DNA from: an archaeon
Lineage (GTDB): Archaea; Undinarchaeota; CAZHTU01; JBDRCC01
DNA length: 64,000 bases
Direction of reading: 5' to 3'
Assembly (NCBI GenBank): GCA_043822065.1
Contig: JBDRCC010000020.1
Location: 32,001-96,000, forward strand
In this document: in pieces, positions 9,822 through 19,793 of the stretch
Layout: each line of letters begins with the position of its first letter
Position numbering within the stretch: position 1 is the first letter of the stretch
The notes under the pieces: model-generated
What the model was told of the DNA's origin: nothing
What the model saw: only the letters and a program-made list of their open reading frames with translations
Databases searched by the model: none
Program-made: the position numbers and the translations under genes

Positions 9822-10160
9822 TTATCTCATCCCTCCTCTTAGTCTGTTGCGGTCCCTGCCGAGGCCGTATGCCATCTGGTAGCTTCCGCCCTCTATTCGG
9901 ATTGCCTTTCCATTAACTAGGGCATCCGAAACCTTCTTCCTTGCCGAAGAGAGTATCCTGTGGAATGTTGGCTGGGAGACGTCCATCTTCCTTGCTGCCT
10001 CGTCCTGGCTCAGCCCCATCGAGTCCCCAAGCCTCAGAGCCTCAAGCTCGTCTCTCATAAGAACCTCGAACTCCAGCTGGTTTGCAGGTATTCCTGCCGG
10101 CTTGTACAAGCAGACTTCCGGCTCGAAAAAGACCCGCCTAAACCTTCTTGGTCTCGGCAT
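9822..10160 (-). CDS. DUF134 family HTH DNA-binding protein
   Basis: MPRPRRFR, ELEALRL, SQPTFHRIL, ALVNGKAIRIEGG. Confidence 0.88.
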   Translation of the reverse strand: MPRPRRFRRVFFEPEVCLYKPAGIPANQLEFEVLMRDELEALRLGDSMGLSQDEAARKMDVSQPTFHRILSSARKKVSDALVNGKAIRIEGGSYQMAYGLGRDRNRLRGGMR

Positions 10161-10449
10161 CCACAGCCTCCCTGACGGTTTTTCCAGTTACCACTTTTGC
10201 GGCGACCTTTCCGTCATCCAAAGCCATTTTCATATTTCCGCCGAAGTTTCCAGCGACTACCTGCTTAACCTTCTCATTGACAAGCATCCTGGCGACAGCG
10301 AATCCCGCGCCTCCACCTAACCTGAATGGGTTCTTTATTGCCTTAACCAGCTTGCCGCCCTCAAAAATAAGATAGTAGGGTGCCTGGCCGCTTACCTGGC
10401 TTACTTTCGAGTCCTCAGTTTCACCTTCCGAAGCAACTGCAACTTTCAT
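10138..10449 (-). CDS. NifB/NifX family protein
   Basis: MKVAVAS, NPF..GGGAG, VVAGNFG. Confidence 0.75.
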   Translation of the reverse strand: MKVAVASEGETEDSKVSQVSGQAPYYLIFEGGKLVKAIKNPFRLGGGAGFAVARMLVNEKVKQVVAGNFGGNMKMALDDGKVAAKVVTGKTVREAVDAETKKV

Positions 10450-10949
10450 TTCCACACCTCCATTATCCGCTCAACAACAATTCCCTGCAAAAAGGAAAAG
10501 CTGATTATTACAAACGTCAGCACAATGGTATACGCAGCCCCAAAATAGATAATCATCATGGGCATCAGCGGGACCTTTATCGCCCTTGTGTACAGAAATG
10601 CCGCCACCAGCCCGTTCCTTGCCCCCTTCTGCTGTATGTCCTGCAGGAGAGGGTACCACATGTACAGCGGCCCAGTCGAGATGATTCCCCCGACTATGGC
10701 AACGAGCCAGCCATTGAGACCAGATTCTTTCCCCATGTACCTCGCAATCGTGTCCGGGCTGACGTAGTAGTTGACTACCGCCATAAGGCCGAATATGATG
10801 AAAAGGATAGGCACTACCTTTACGAATATCTGATAGGCAAAGCCAAGGCTCAGCGCGAATACCTCAAAGGAAAAAGCCCCTGTGAGGGCATAGAGCAACA
10901 GGACAATTCCAAGAAAATACCAGCTAGCGTAGCTCGTTTCGCTCCTCAT
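10446..10949 (-). CDS. Permease (DUF318/ArsP-like half)
   Basis: TM helices, STGPLYMWYPLL; ATG 10949 overlaps the upstream stop. Confidence 0.75.
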   Translation of the reverse strand: MRSETSYASWYFLGIVLLLYALTGAFSFEVFALSLGFAYQIFVKVVPILFIIFGLMAVVNYYVSPDTIARYMGKESGLNGWLVAIVGGIISTGPLYMWYPLLQDIQQKGARNGLVAAFLYTRAIKVPLMPMMIIYFGAAYTIVLTFVIISFSFLQGIVVERIMEVWK

Positions 10950-11362
10950 AACATCACCACTATGCCGGCCGTGACAAGCGCAACAGCAATGGAAAGAATA
11001 AAACTGCAGAGATTCCTGGTCAATGCAAACTTTTTTCCGAGCATGATGGACTCTGCTGGAAGCGTGACAACGCCGACAGTTACCCACGCAACTATAAACG
11101 CGGTAACCGCCACGAGGCTGACGCCCTGGCCCAGGAGCTCACCGCCTATTACGTAGCTTGTCACGGGATTCCCCGCTAGTATGCTGCCAGCCGCGCTTCC
11201 GATTACAGAGTCGGCGAGAAGGCTGTGGCCAAAAACCTTCCCGTAGGCTGACTTTGGTATAAGCGCGTTGGCAAGGCTTACCAATAGAACGACCCCTACC
11301 AAAACCGGCAGGCTCTTCCATATGGCCCTTCCTGCCCTGCTTACTGCGCCTTTTACGTCCAC
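10946..11362 (-). CDS. Permease (DUF318/ArsP-like half)
   Basis: GSILAGNPVTSY, AFIVAWVTVG, FALTRN. Confidence 0.75.
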   Translation of the reverse strand: MDVKGAVSRAGRAIWKSLPVLVGVVLLVSLANALIPKSAYGKVFGHSLLADSVIGSAAGSILAGNPVTSYVIGGELLGQGVSLVAVTAFIVAWVTVGVVTLPAESIMLGKKFALTRNLCSFILSIAVALVTAGIVVML

Positions 11363-11363
11363 T

Positions 11364-11639
11364 TTACTTTAGTTCCTTAAGCCTCTTTTCTATTTCAGCC
11401 TTTTCGGCTTCAATTTCCTTCAAATCGGCTTCAAGGAACTTTTTCTCGTCTTCCTTGGTGTAGGCTGGCTCTGGGTATCCATACGTGGGCGGATACATTC
11501 CCCTCCCAGTATAACCTCTTCCGAAGCCCCTGCCAAAGCCCCTTCCAAATACCCTGCCCCTTCCCGGGCAGCAGTACCCGAAACCCCTTCCGGTCGTCGG
11601 GCCTTCTCCAGATGGTCCTGTCCTGTCATATCCTGGCAT
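11364..11639 (-). CDS. DUF5320-like Gly/Arg-rich protein
   Basis: MPGYDRTGP.GEGP.TGRGFG.C, GRGF repeats, C-terminal coiled coil; GAGGTGA upstream. Confidence 0.8.
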   Translation of the reverse strand: MPGYDRTGPSGEGPTTGRGFGYCCPGRGRVFGRGFGRGFGRGYTGRGMYPPTYGYPEPAYTKEDEKKFLEADLKEIEAEKAEIEKRLKELK

Positions 11640-11652
11640 GCAATTCACCTCA

Positions 11653-11672
11653 TTATGAATATATATTCATAA
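11653..11672. promoter_or_regulatory. Perfect 20-bp palindrome, putative operator of the DUF134 operon
   Basis: TTATGAATATATATTCATAA between a TATA-like element and the SD. Confidence 0.65.
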
Positions 11673-11746
11673 CTATTTAAGCCTATCGGCAGCAGTCTCT
11701 TGTAAACAATCCCAAAAAATAAATACTGCCCCCGCATTTCCCCTAT

Positions 11747-12229
11747 ATGGACTTCCAGCCGAAAGAGATTGGCAAAGCCTTCCTTTGGGTCATCCTCTGC
11801 CAGCTTGCAGGCGCCATCGGCTCAATCGCGACAGCCAGCTCAGTCTCGACATGGTACCAGGCACTGAACAAGCCGTGGTTCACCCCTCCGAATTGGGTTT
11901 TCGGGCCGATGTGGGTTACTATTTACACAATGATAGGCATCTCCGCCTACCTCATCTGGAAGCAGGGAATCCAGAAGCCGGAGGTAAAATACGCAATGCA
12001 GGTCTTCGGCATCCAGCTCCTGCTCAACACTTTATGGTCATTCGTCTTCTTCTGGCTCCGCTGGCCCATGGGAGGGTTCTTTTTCATCCTCATGGTCCTC
12101 GGCGTAGTAATATACAACGCCGCCCTATTCTACGAAATCTACAAGCCGGCAGGCTGGCTCTTCAGCCTTTACATCCTGTGGGGGAGCATCGCCACTGCGG
12201 TAGCGTTCTACGTCTGGCTCCTGAATTAG
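11747..12229 (+). CDS. tspO: TspO/MBR tryptophan-rich sensory protein
   Basis: WYQALNKPWFTPPNWVFGPMW, QLLLNTLWSFVFF. Confidence 0.92.
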   Translation: MDFQPKEIGKAFLWVILCQLAGAIGSIATASSVSTWYQALNKPWFTPPNWVFGPMWVTIYTMIGISAYLIWKQGIQKPEVKYAMQVFGIQLLLNTLWSFVFFWLRWPMGGFFFILMVLGVVIYNAALFYEIYKPAGWLFSLYILWGSIATAVAFYVWLLN

Positions 12230-12255
12230 CTTCCAGACGCCCCTCCCAAAGCCTT

Positions 12256-12681
12256 CTACTTGAAGACCTTGGCAATCACTATCCCGATCAGCACGGTCTG
12301 CAGGAACGCCTGCACAGTCCAGGTCACGACCATCGCGCCGCTTATGAGGAACGTCGAGTAGCTCATAAGCATCCCCGGAATCCCGAGAAGGAATACCAGG
12401 AGCCCGAAGTGCGTGCCCTTCTTGCACAGCGTATCCGCCTTTATGGAGTCCTTGACGAAGTTGTAGACCACCGCCATGAACAGGCCGGCGAAGAACGGGT
12501 GGACGAACACATAAGACATCCACGGGTCGCTCCAGGGCCTGAAAATGCCTGCAGCCCCATACTCTGCCATGACCCCCGGCGCAACTATCTTGAAAACAGG
12601 CTGCAGGGCGAAGAAAACAACAAGCCCCACGACCAGCGCGCCGAGTGCCGAGATGATGATGCTCCTCCAGTCGAGCTTCAT
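12256..12681 (-). CDS. Four-TM hypothetical membrane protein
   Basis: Hydrophobic ORF with AGGTGA SD. Confidence 0.65.
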   Translation of the reverse strand: MKLDWRSIIISALGALVVGLVVFFALQPVFKIVAPGVMAEYGAAGIFRPWSDPWMSYVFVHPFFAGLFMAVVYNFVKDSIKADTLCKKGTHFGLLVFLLGIPGMLMSYSTFLISGAMVVTWTVQAFLQTVLIGIVIAKVFK

Positions 12682-12761
12682 AAATCACCTAAACAAAACA
12701 AGTATATAATCCCTATAGCACCTCAAAAACCTATTTAAGCCATCCCCAATTTATTGCAATA

Positions 12762-15700
12762 ATGCAGAAGATTGTAAAGCGTGCGTTGCACCCGGTACTC
12801 GGCATATTCCTGTTTTTAGTGGTAGTCTTTGCGGCACCGCAATTTGAAATTGGAAACCAAAGTCCAGTAAACGGATCTTTTTCCAGGTTCAACTATACTG
12901 CCATTAATGAAACGATAACTGAGCAGAACATGGACTCTTTTATCCTTAACTGGGACGGCGCAAATTACAGTTTTTATGAGGACAGCCTTGTCCTGATGAT
13001 GAGCTTCGAAGACTCCGCAGGATTGGGCGAGAGCTATTCAGCTTCCGACTCGTTTGTACGCGACACCTCAAAATCTGGAAATAACGGAACCACATGCGGC
13101 GGGTTGGGGGCTACTTGGACTTCTGCAGGCAAATACGGCGGAATGACTGTTTACAACGGCTCCACACAATATGTTGACATATTAAACTCGCCAACCCTCA
13201 ACTTTGGGCAAAGCGACGACTCGACAGTCATGGGCTGGGTTAAGACAAACATGGTAGGCTACCAAACGTGGTTTGACAAGTCCGCAAACAACTCGGCAGA
13301 GGGGGCAAACAAGTACCACATGTGGTACCTGCTTACGCCCAACCAGAAATTCGACTGCCGCACTGGAAAGGAGGCAGTTGCTTGGGACTCCTTTGAGTCG
13401 CTGAGCACATACACTGTTGGCGAATGGGCGCACATCGCATGCGTGAAGTCAGGGAACACAATATACCTCTACATAAATGGCGAGTACGACAGCCAAAGCC
13501 CACTAGACCTATTCTCTGGCGCCACGCCAAGCATTGACCACGCCAACATCGGAAGGTTTAGGCGGGACAATATATACTACTTCAACGGCTCGATAGACGA
13601 AGTACGCGTCTACAGAAGGGCGCTAACGGGCGCTGAAATATGGCAGCAGTACTCTTCAAACCTGAGGGAGTACGACTCAAACAAATGGGAGTTCTACTCC
13701 AACCAGACAAACCTAACTGACCGGGCTTATTCTTTCTACACATATGCGAACGACACGGTAGGGGGCTCAGCTACAACAGAAACTAGGACTGTAACCGTGG
13801 ATACCGGATTTCCTTCGACAAATTTCTCTGCCCCAACGCTTGAGAACGCCACGCACATCCGGGTGCTCTCAACAATTGTAAACCTCACGTCTTCTGATTC
13901 AAACTATCATTACGTCATCGCGGACTGGAACCGGAGCCTGGTGGGATGGTTTGGATTCGATTCGTACAACAGCACGCATGTCACTGACAGCTCCACGTGG
14001 GGCAATGATGCATGGTTCGGCGGCAATTTTAATGAGCGAAATTTCACCGGTGGCAAATATGGGCTGGCATTAGCGTTCGACGGTACGAATGACTACATAG
14101 AGGTCAACCAGACACAAAGCATCAACAACATAAACTCAGGATTCACTTTCACCGGGTGGGTCAACTTCCATCAAGTGGACCGGGCAACGGACACGTACGA
14201 CTGGCAGACGTTCTTTGCTAAGAGCAATTATGGCTCATGGTACAGCCTCATGCTCTGCACAGAGGCTGCAGACTGCGGGGGCAACAAGGTACTGAGGTTT
14301 TATACCCCTGGTTTGACCCCCACCTCAGTTGACTACAACTGGAATTCTGTGCAGGCAAACGTTTGGTACCATGTTGGAGTAACCTACAACACAACCCACA
14401 TTGCGTACTACATAGACGGGAACCAGGTTAGCGCCCCAACCGTCAGCGGGGCAGTCACCACAAACAGCAATCCGCTACTCATCGGATACGCTAAAAATGG
14501 CCCGTATCCCTTCGATGGACAGATGGATGAGCTAACATTCTGGAACCGGGCACTCTCGCCACTGGAAATAAATGCAACAATGAATGCCAGCCTGCCCAGG
14601 TATGAATACAATTTCACAAACCTGCCAGACGGCCCATACACACTCCAGGCTTATTCAAAAGATGCAGCAGGAAACGTAAACCAGACTGAACAGCTGGCAA
14701 TAGCCGTCGACACCCGAGTGCCCGGCGCCTATTTTGACAGCCCAACGCCTGCAAACAACTCCCTCTCCGGCCAGAACTCAGTTTATGTCAATATAACTGC
14801 ATCAGATGCGAACCAGCGCCATGTTGTCCTTGACTGGAATAACTCGCTAAAGGGATGGTGGAGGCTAGAGGACAATTTTGTCGACGAGAGCGGAAACAAC
14901 AATTTAGGCGAATGCACAAACTGCCCAAGCTATACCCTCTCCGGAAAGTCCGGGGGGGCTTACCAGTTCAACTCGGATACGTCCAGCTATATACTAATAA
15001 ACGACTCATCCAGCCTTGACGTCACTAAGCAGATTACCCTCGAAACATGGATTAAGCCTGCGACCTACCGGCCGATGGCAATTGTCGGCAAGTGGAACAC
15101 TGTCGGCGGCGGGCACTCGTATGTGCTGTACTCAAACGGCATTGCCTCAGCAGGCTTCAGGCTGAACAACGGCGCTACCAACTTCATTCAGCTTACAGGA
15201 TGGTCAACCGATCCCCCCCTCAACCAGTGGAGCCACCTTGTTGCAACTTACAACGGCACTACTGCAAAGGTGTATGTAAACGGGGATGAGGTCGCCTCCC
15301 AAACTGCGGTTAGTACTATCCTTAGCTCGGCCAGCTGGGTTTCCATTGGGCGGGAGGGCTATGGCAATTATTACAACGGCAGCATCGATGAGGTCAAGAT
15401 ATACAGCCGGGCGCTGCATCCTGACGAGATAAACGCATCAATGAATGCAAACCTTTGGAAATACGGGCACAACTTCACAAATCTAGCAGACGGAGCGTAC
15501 AACTTTACGGCTTACGTGGTAGATGCTGCTGGGAACAAGAACCAGACTGAGGCAAGAACTCTGACAATCGACAGCACAATACCCCAAATACAATTTGAAA
15601 CTCCAACATACCCCAACAACACAATATTGACCCTGGAAAATGCGCCAATAAACATTTCACTAACCGAAGCTAACCTAAACGAGTTTATCCTGAACTGGAA

Positions 15701-17909
15701 CAACACAAACATTTCCCTTTACGACGATTCCCTACTGGCCATGTTTAATTTTGACAATGTCGCATCAATAGGGGACAGCGCCTCGGCAGCTGCTGATTTG
15801 AGCAAAAGCGAGAACAACGCGTCCATAAACTCTGCAACTTACAGCACTGACAGCAAATACGGAAGCTCAATCTACTTTGACGGCTCGAGCTCATATGTTC
15901 AGCTTTCCAATCCCGGAAACTTCAACTTCAGCGGGGGAAGCTTTACTGCGTCAGCTTGGATAAAGGCAGAGGGCCTTGGCTCAAACAGCATGGGTGCCAT
16001 AGTGGCTAGGGATGTGGGAACAAACTTTAAATCCTGGTGGATACGGGTTGAGTCAGACTACCGGGTTAGATTCCTATTATCCGAGGATGGCGGCCCCGAG
16101 CCAAATGTTTACTCCACATCAACCGTCCAAAACCAATGGACCCATGTCACAGCAGTGAAGGACAATGACAATGAACGGATATACATGTACATAAACGGGG
16201 TAATGGAGGGAAATGTTTCCGATACCTCTGGTTCGAATGACCCGACAAACCCAATTCCTGTCCGGATTGGGGACTTCTATTCAGCTGTGGGGCGGGAGTT
16301 TAACGGCAAGATAGATGAGGTCAGAATCTGGAACAGGAGCCTTGCCCCATACGAGGTTAAGCAGGTATACTCTGCAAATCTAAGGAAATATGATTTATCG
16401 AGATGGGCGCTTTTCTCGAATCAGACTAATTTAACAGACGGAATCTACACCTATTATGGATATGCAAAGGACGTAGCACTGAACGCTAATCAGACAGAAA
16501 TCAGGACGCTTGTCATAGACGTTACGCCGCCCAATGTCTCCCAGAATACCCCCCTCGCCAATTATCTGAATGACACGAGCTATCCAGCTAACATCCTCTT
16601 CAACTGCTCTGCGGCGGATTGGTATGGGTTGTCAAACATCAGCCTGTACATAACAAACAGCCAGAACAGCAGCTTTGCGCTGTCTAATTCCTCGGACACC
16701 GGCGGAAGCCAGAACTCAAGCATCTGGGCTCTGGCCCTGTCATACGGCAACTATACCTGGGGGTGCCTGGCGCATGACCTAACAAACCATTCAACGTGGA
16801 CCGCTAACCGGACAATTACAGTAAACTTCACAGACATGGATGGGGATGGAATTGCCGACCCAGTGGATAATCTAGAATGGAGTGCATCAGATGTTGATGT
16901 AACTGGTGCGACAAACTTCGATATCACCATCAGCGGGAACAGCACAACGGGGACTTATGATGATGTCCATGATGTTGCTTTCTACGATGCATCTAGCAGG
17001 ATAATGAACTTTACCCACAACTTCACGGCTGCGAAGTTTAATCTCGCAAGAGTCTCAGTAAAACTCTCACCAACCTATATTATCGCAAACCTGAGTGGTC
17101 AGCTTCAGGGAAGAAAAACAATGTATATCGCCGACAATAACTTCATCGCCCTCTGCGTCAAGGACGCAGAAATAAGCGACATCTCGAGCATGACCGCAGA
17201 CTGCAGCGGTGTGAATGAAACTGACTTCACAACTTGCCTTGGAAACAGCACAGGCGTGACAAACAATTCACTCACCTGCTATGATGAAGGAAGCATGATT
17301 AGAATAACCAATTTAACCTATTCTGCCCTCCGCGGAACGCCCGCTCCGGCAACGGGTGGAGGCGGCGGAGGCACCTTAAAAGCACCCGTAGGCTACAACA
17401 TAACCTCCGAGATTTCCCTATTTGGCATTTCCAGCATAAAACTCTCTTTAGCAGAAACCCAGGACTTTGATTATATCCTCTATGATTTCGACGAGACTAC
17501 TTTCGAGCTGAAGATTTCCAAAAGATACACTTTCCTCAAAAACGCAGTCTTTGAGCTTCTGCCAACTCAAAAGGAAATAAGTCTAAATACCGGCGAATAC
17601 AAGCCCTTAGATCTAAACGGCGACGGTAAGAAAGACATAACCCTCACCCTGGATGAAGTCAAACACGGCTACGTGAGTGTGACCGTTGCAAGGTTCCCAG
17701 AACCGGCTCATGCAACGCCCATCTCAGACAACGAGGAATCTCTTCAAATTCCAACCCCTAAAAAAGAATCCGTTGCCGAACAACCAGAAACAAAAGAGCC
17801 AATACTGGCTGCCGAGATGGAGACTAAGAAACATTTCCCGTGGTGGCTGCTATTAGTCATATTATTACTTGCAGCTTATCTCCGCTATAATTCCAAAAAT
17901 AGAACTTAA
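12762..17909 (+). CDS. Large membrane-anchored surface protein with four LamG/ConA-like domains
   Basis: Signal peptide; four F/Y-x-G-x-I/M-DE-V/L LamG ends; many N-x-S/T sequons; DxDGDG loops; C-terminal TM. Confidence 0.88.
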   Translation: MQKIVKRALHPVLGIFLFLVVVFAAPQFEIGNQSPVNGSFSRFNYTAINETITEQNMDSFILNWDGANYSFYEDSLVLMMSFEDSAGLGESYSASDSFVRDTSKSGNNGTTCGGLGATWTSAGKYGGMTVYNGSTQYVDILNSPTLNFGQSDDSTVMGWVKTNMVGYQTWFDKSANNSAEGANKYHMWYLLTPNQKFDCRTGKEAVAWDSFESLSTYTVGEWAHIACVKSGNTIYLYINGEYDSQSPLDLFSGATPSIDHANIGRFRRDNIYYFNGSIDEVRVYRRALTGAEIWQQYSSNLREYDSNKWEFYSNQTNLTDRAYSFYTYANDTVGGSATTETRTVTVDTGFPSTNFSAPTLENATHIRVLSTIVNLTSSDSNYHYVIADWNRSLVGWFGFDSYNSTHVTDSSTWGNDAWFGGNFNERNFTGGKYGLALAFDGTNDYIEVNQTQSINNINSGFTFTGWVNFHQVDRATDTYDWQTFFAKSNYGSWYSLMLCTEAADCGGNKVLRFYTPGLTPTSVDYNWNSVQANVWYHVGVTYNTTHIAYYIDGNQVSAPTVSGAVTTNSNPLLIGYAKNGPYPFDGQMDELTFWNRALSPLEINATMNASLPRYEYNFTNLPDGPYTLQAYSKDAAGNVNQTEQLAIAVDTRVPGAYFDSPTPANNSLSGQNSVYVNITASDANQRHVVLDWNNSLKGWWRLEDNFVDESGNNNLGECTNCPSYTLSGKSGGAYQFNSDTSSYILINDSSSLDVTKQITLETWIKPATYRPMAIVGKWNTVGGGHSYVLYSNGIASAGFRLNNGATNFIQLTGWSTDPPLNQWSHLVATYNGTTAKVYVNGDEVASQTAVSTILSSASWVSIGREGYGNYYNGSIDEVKIYSRALHPDEINASMNANLWKYGHNFTNLADGAYNFTAYVVDAAGNKNQTEARTLTIDSTIPQIQFETPTYPNNTILTLENAPINISLTEANLNEFILNWNNTNISLYDDSLLAMFNFDNVASIGDSASAAADLSKSENNASINSATYSTDSKYGSSIYFDGSSSYVQLSNPGNFNFSGGSFTASAWIKAEGLGSNSMGAIVARDVGTNFKSWWIRVESDYRVRFLLSEDGGPEPNVYSTSTVQNQWTHVTAVKDNDNERIYMYINGVMEGNVSDTSGSNDPTNPIPVRIGDFYSAVGREFNGKIDEVRIWNRSLAPYEVKQVYSANLRKYDLSRWALFSNQTNLTDGIYTYYGYAKDVALNANQTEIRTLVIDVTPPNVSQNTPLANYLNDTSYPANILFNCSAADWYGLSNISLYITNSQNSSFALSNSSDTGGSQNSSIWALALSYGNYTWGCLAHDLTNHSTWTANRTITVNFTDMDGDGIADPVDNLEWSASDVDVTGATNFDITISGNSTTGTYDDVHDVAFYDASSRIMNFTHNFTAAKFNLARVSVKLSPTYIIANLSGQLQGRKTMYIADNNFIALCVKDAEISDISSMTADCSGVNETDFTTCLGNSTGVTNNSLTCYDEGSMIRITNLTYSALRGTPAPATGGGGGGTLKAPVGYNITSEISLFGISSIKLSLAETQDFDYILYDFDETTFELKISKRYTFLKNAVFELLPTQKEISLNTGEYKPLDLNGDGKKDITLTLDEVKHGYVSVTVARFPEPAHATPISDNEESLQIPTPKKESVAEQPETKEPILAAEMETKKHFPWWLLLVILLLAAYLRYNSKNRT

Positions 17910-17916
17910 CTTTCGA

Positions 17917-18075
17917 TTAAGCGCGCCGCCTGCCCTTTCTTGGGACATCATTCTGCCCGTATTCTGCCAGCCTTTTCCTGGCATCGGCATCGCTTAAGCC
18001 GGACCGCGTGGAATCAAGCTTCCCCAGAAGCGCATCAGCATTCATGCTCCAGGGCGACTCTATGCGGGCAGCCAT
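17917..18075 (-). pseudogene. Truncated P-type cation ATPase N-terminal fragment (52 aa)
   Basis: Manual translation MAARIESPWSMNADALLGKLDSTRSGLSDADARKRLAEYGQNDVP..., matching GLS..EA..RL..YG.N. Confidence 0.7.
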
Positions 18076-18115
18076 ACGCTTAGAATGAGCGGGGGTATAT
18101 ATTGGTTTATTGAAG

Positions 18116-18201
18116 CGCCGGGAGAGGGATTTGAACCCCCACGGGCCAAAGGCCCATACGCTCTCGAGGCGTACGCGTTAGCCAGATTCTGCCATCCCGG
18201 C
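18116..18201 (-). tRNA. tRNA-Ser(CGA)
   Basis: Acceptor GCCGGGA/TCCCGGC, discriminator G, loop CT-CGA-GA, long variable arm, GGTTCAAATCC. Confidence 0.93.
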
Positions 18202-18208
18202 ACCGCCC

Positions 18209-19711
18209 TTATTTTTTCTCCCGCGACTTTATACCCTTATCTATCTTGTCCTTTATCTGTTCCGACTCCTTTTCGCCCTCAAGGGTCCTCATGTGCGGGA
18301 ACAGGACGACATCTCTTATCGACGGCGAATTAGTGAGCACCATAACAAACCTCTCAATTCCGAGCCCCCAGCCCGCGGTCGGCGGCATCCCGTACTCGAG
18401 CGCGCGGACGTAGTCTTCGTCCATCATGTGCGCCTCCTCGTCCCCGGCCGCCCTGTCCTTGAGCTGCCCCTTGAACCTTTCGTCCTGGTCCACCGGGTCG
18501 TTCAATTCCGAATAAGCATTCACGAGCTCCATCCCGCCAACGTACATCTCAAACCTCTCGACGAGGTCCGGGTTGCCCCTCTTCCTCTTCGCAAGCGGGG
18601 AAAGCTCAAGCGGGTAGTCGTATATGAAAGTCGGCTGTATGAGCTTCGGCTCGACAAGCTCGCTGAATAATTCGTCTATCGCCTGCGCCTTGGTCGCGTT
18701 CGGCTCAAGCCGTATCCCGTTCGCCTCAGCCAGCTCAAGCAGCGCGTTCCTGTCTTTCCCCTCGACATCCACGCCGCCAATCTTCTTCAGCCCCTCGTAA
18801 ACTGTGTACTTCTTGAACGGCGCCTTGAAGTCAATATCATTCCCGCCGTACTTGACCTTCAGCCCGCCGGTGGCTTTCTTGACAATCTCAGAAAAGAACG
18901 TCTCAGTGAAGTCCATCAGCTTATTGTAATCAGCATACGCCCAGTAGAACTCCATCATGGTGAACTCCGGGTTGTGCTTCGTCGAAATCCCCTCGTTCCT
19001 GAAGTTCCGGTTTATCTCGTAAACCTTCTCGAACCCGCCGACTATCAGCCTTTTCAGGTAAAGCTCAGGAGCAATCCTCAGGTACAAATTCCTGTCCAGG
19101 ACATTGTGGTATGTTATGAACGGCTTTGCCATCGCCCCGCCGGCAATCGCCTGGAGCATCGGGGTCTCGACCTCAAGGAAGCCCTCGCCCTCCATGAACT
19201 CGCGTATCGCCTTTACAATCCTGCTCCTTGCGACAAAAGTCTCCTTGACCTCCGGGTTGACTATGAGGTCCAGGTACCTCTGGCGGTAGCGGAGCTCAAC
19301 GTCCTTCAGCCCGTGCCATTTCTCAGGCAGGGACCTCAGCGCCTTGCAGAGTATCTCGATTTTTTTCGCCTTTACGCTGACCTCGCCCCTTTTGGTCTTG
19401 AACACCTCTCCCTCGACGCCGACAAAGTCCCCTATATCTAGGTACTCGAGCATGGCATACTTGTCTTTCATGTCGTCCTGGAAGAAAGCCGCCTGTATTT
19501 GCCCGGAGTCGTCCTTCAGGTGCATGAAGCTTATCGCGCCGTGCTGCCGCAGGCTCATTATCCTGCCAGCGACCTTCGCCTTCTTGCCTTCGAGCTTTGA
19601 GAAGCCGTCAAGCACTTCCTTCGCATGGTGCGTCCTCTCAAAGATGTAGGGGTACGGCTCGATGCCATCCTTCCTCATCCTGTCGAGCTTTGCCTTTCTC
19701 TGCTCTTCCAT
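18209..19711 (-). CDS. lysS: Lysyl-tRNA synthetase, class II
   Basis: YRQRYLDL, LRIAPELYLKRL, FRNEG..HNPEF, GMPP.AG.GLGIER. Confidence 0.96.
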   Translation of the reverse strand: MEEQRKAKLDRMRKDGIEPYPYIFERTHHAKEVLDGFSKLEGKKAKVAGRIMSLRQHGAISFMHLKDDSGQIQAAFFQDDMKDKYAMLEYLDIGDFVGVEGEVFKTKRGEVSVKAKKIEILCKALRSLPEKWHGLKDVELRYRQRYLDLIVNPEVKETFVARSRIVKAIREFMEGEGFLEVETPMLQAIAGGAMAKPFITYHNVLDRNLYLRIAPELYLKRLIVGGFEKVYEINRNFRNEGISTKHNPEFTMMEFYWAYADYNKLMDFTETFFSEIVKKATGGLKVKYGGNDIDFKAPFKKYTVYEGLKKIGGVDVEGKDRNALLELAEANGIRLEPNATKAQAIDELFSELVEPKLIQPTFIYDYPLELSPLAKRKRGNPDLVERFEMYVGGMELVNAYSELNDPVDQDERFKGQLKDRAAGDEEAHMMDEDYVRALEYGMPPTAGWGLGIERFVMVLTNSPSIRDVVLFPHMRTLEGEKESEQIKDKIDKGIKSREKK

Positions 19712-19793
19712 ATCAGGTTATACCGTCCGGAAATTAATAAGCTTATTGAACTCTGCCGACATCTTAAATATTACTTCCGACTTAGCTTTCTCC

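Noticed and set aside
11500-11590. Tandem repeats
   Set aside because: They simply encode the GRGF repeats of the DUF5320-like protein
11785-12738. 317-aa ORF spanning tspO
   Set aside because: Off-frame or antisense to two real genes
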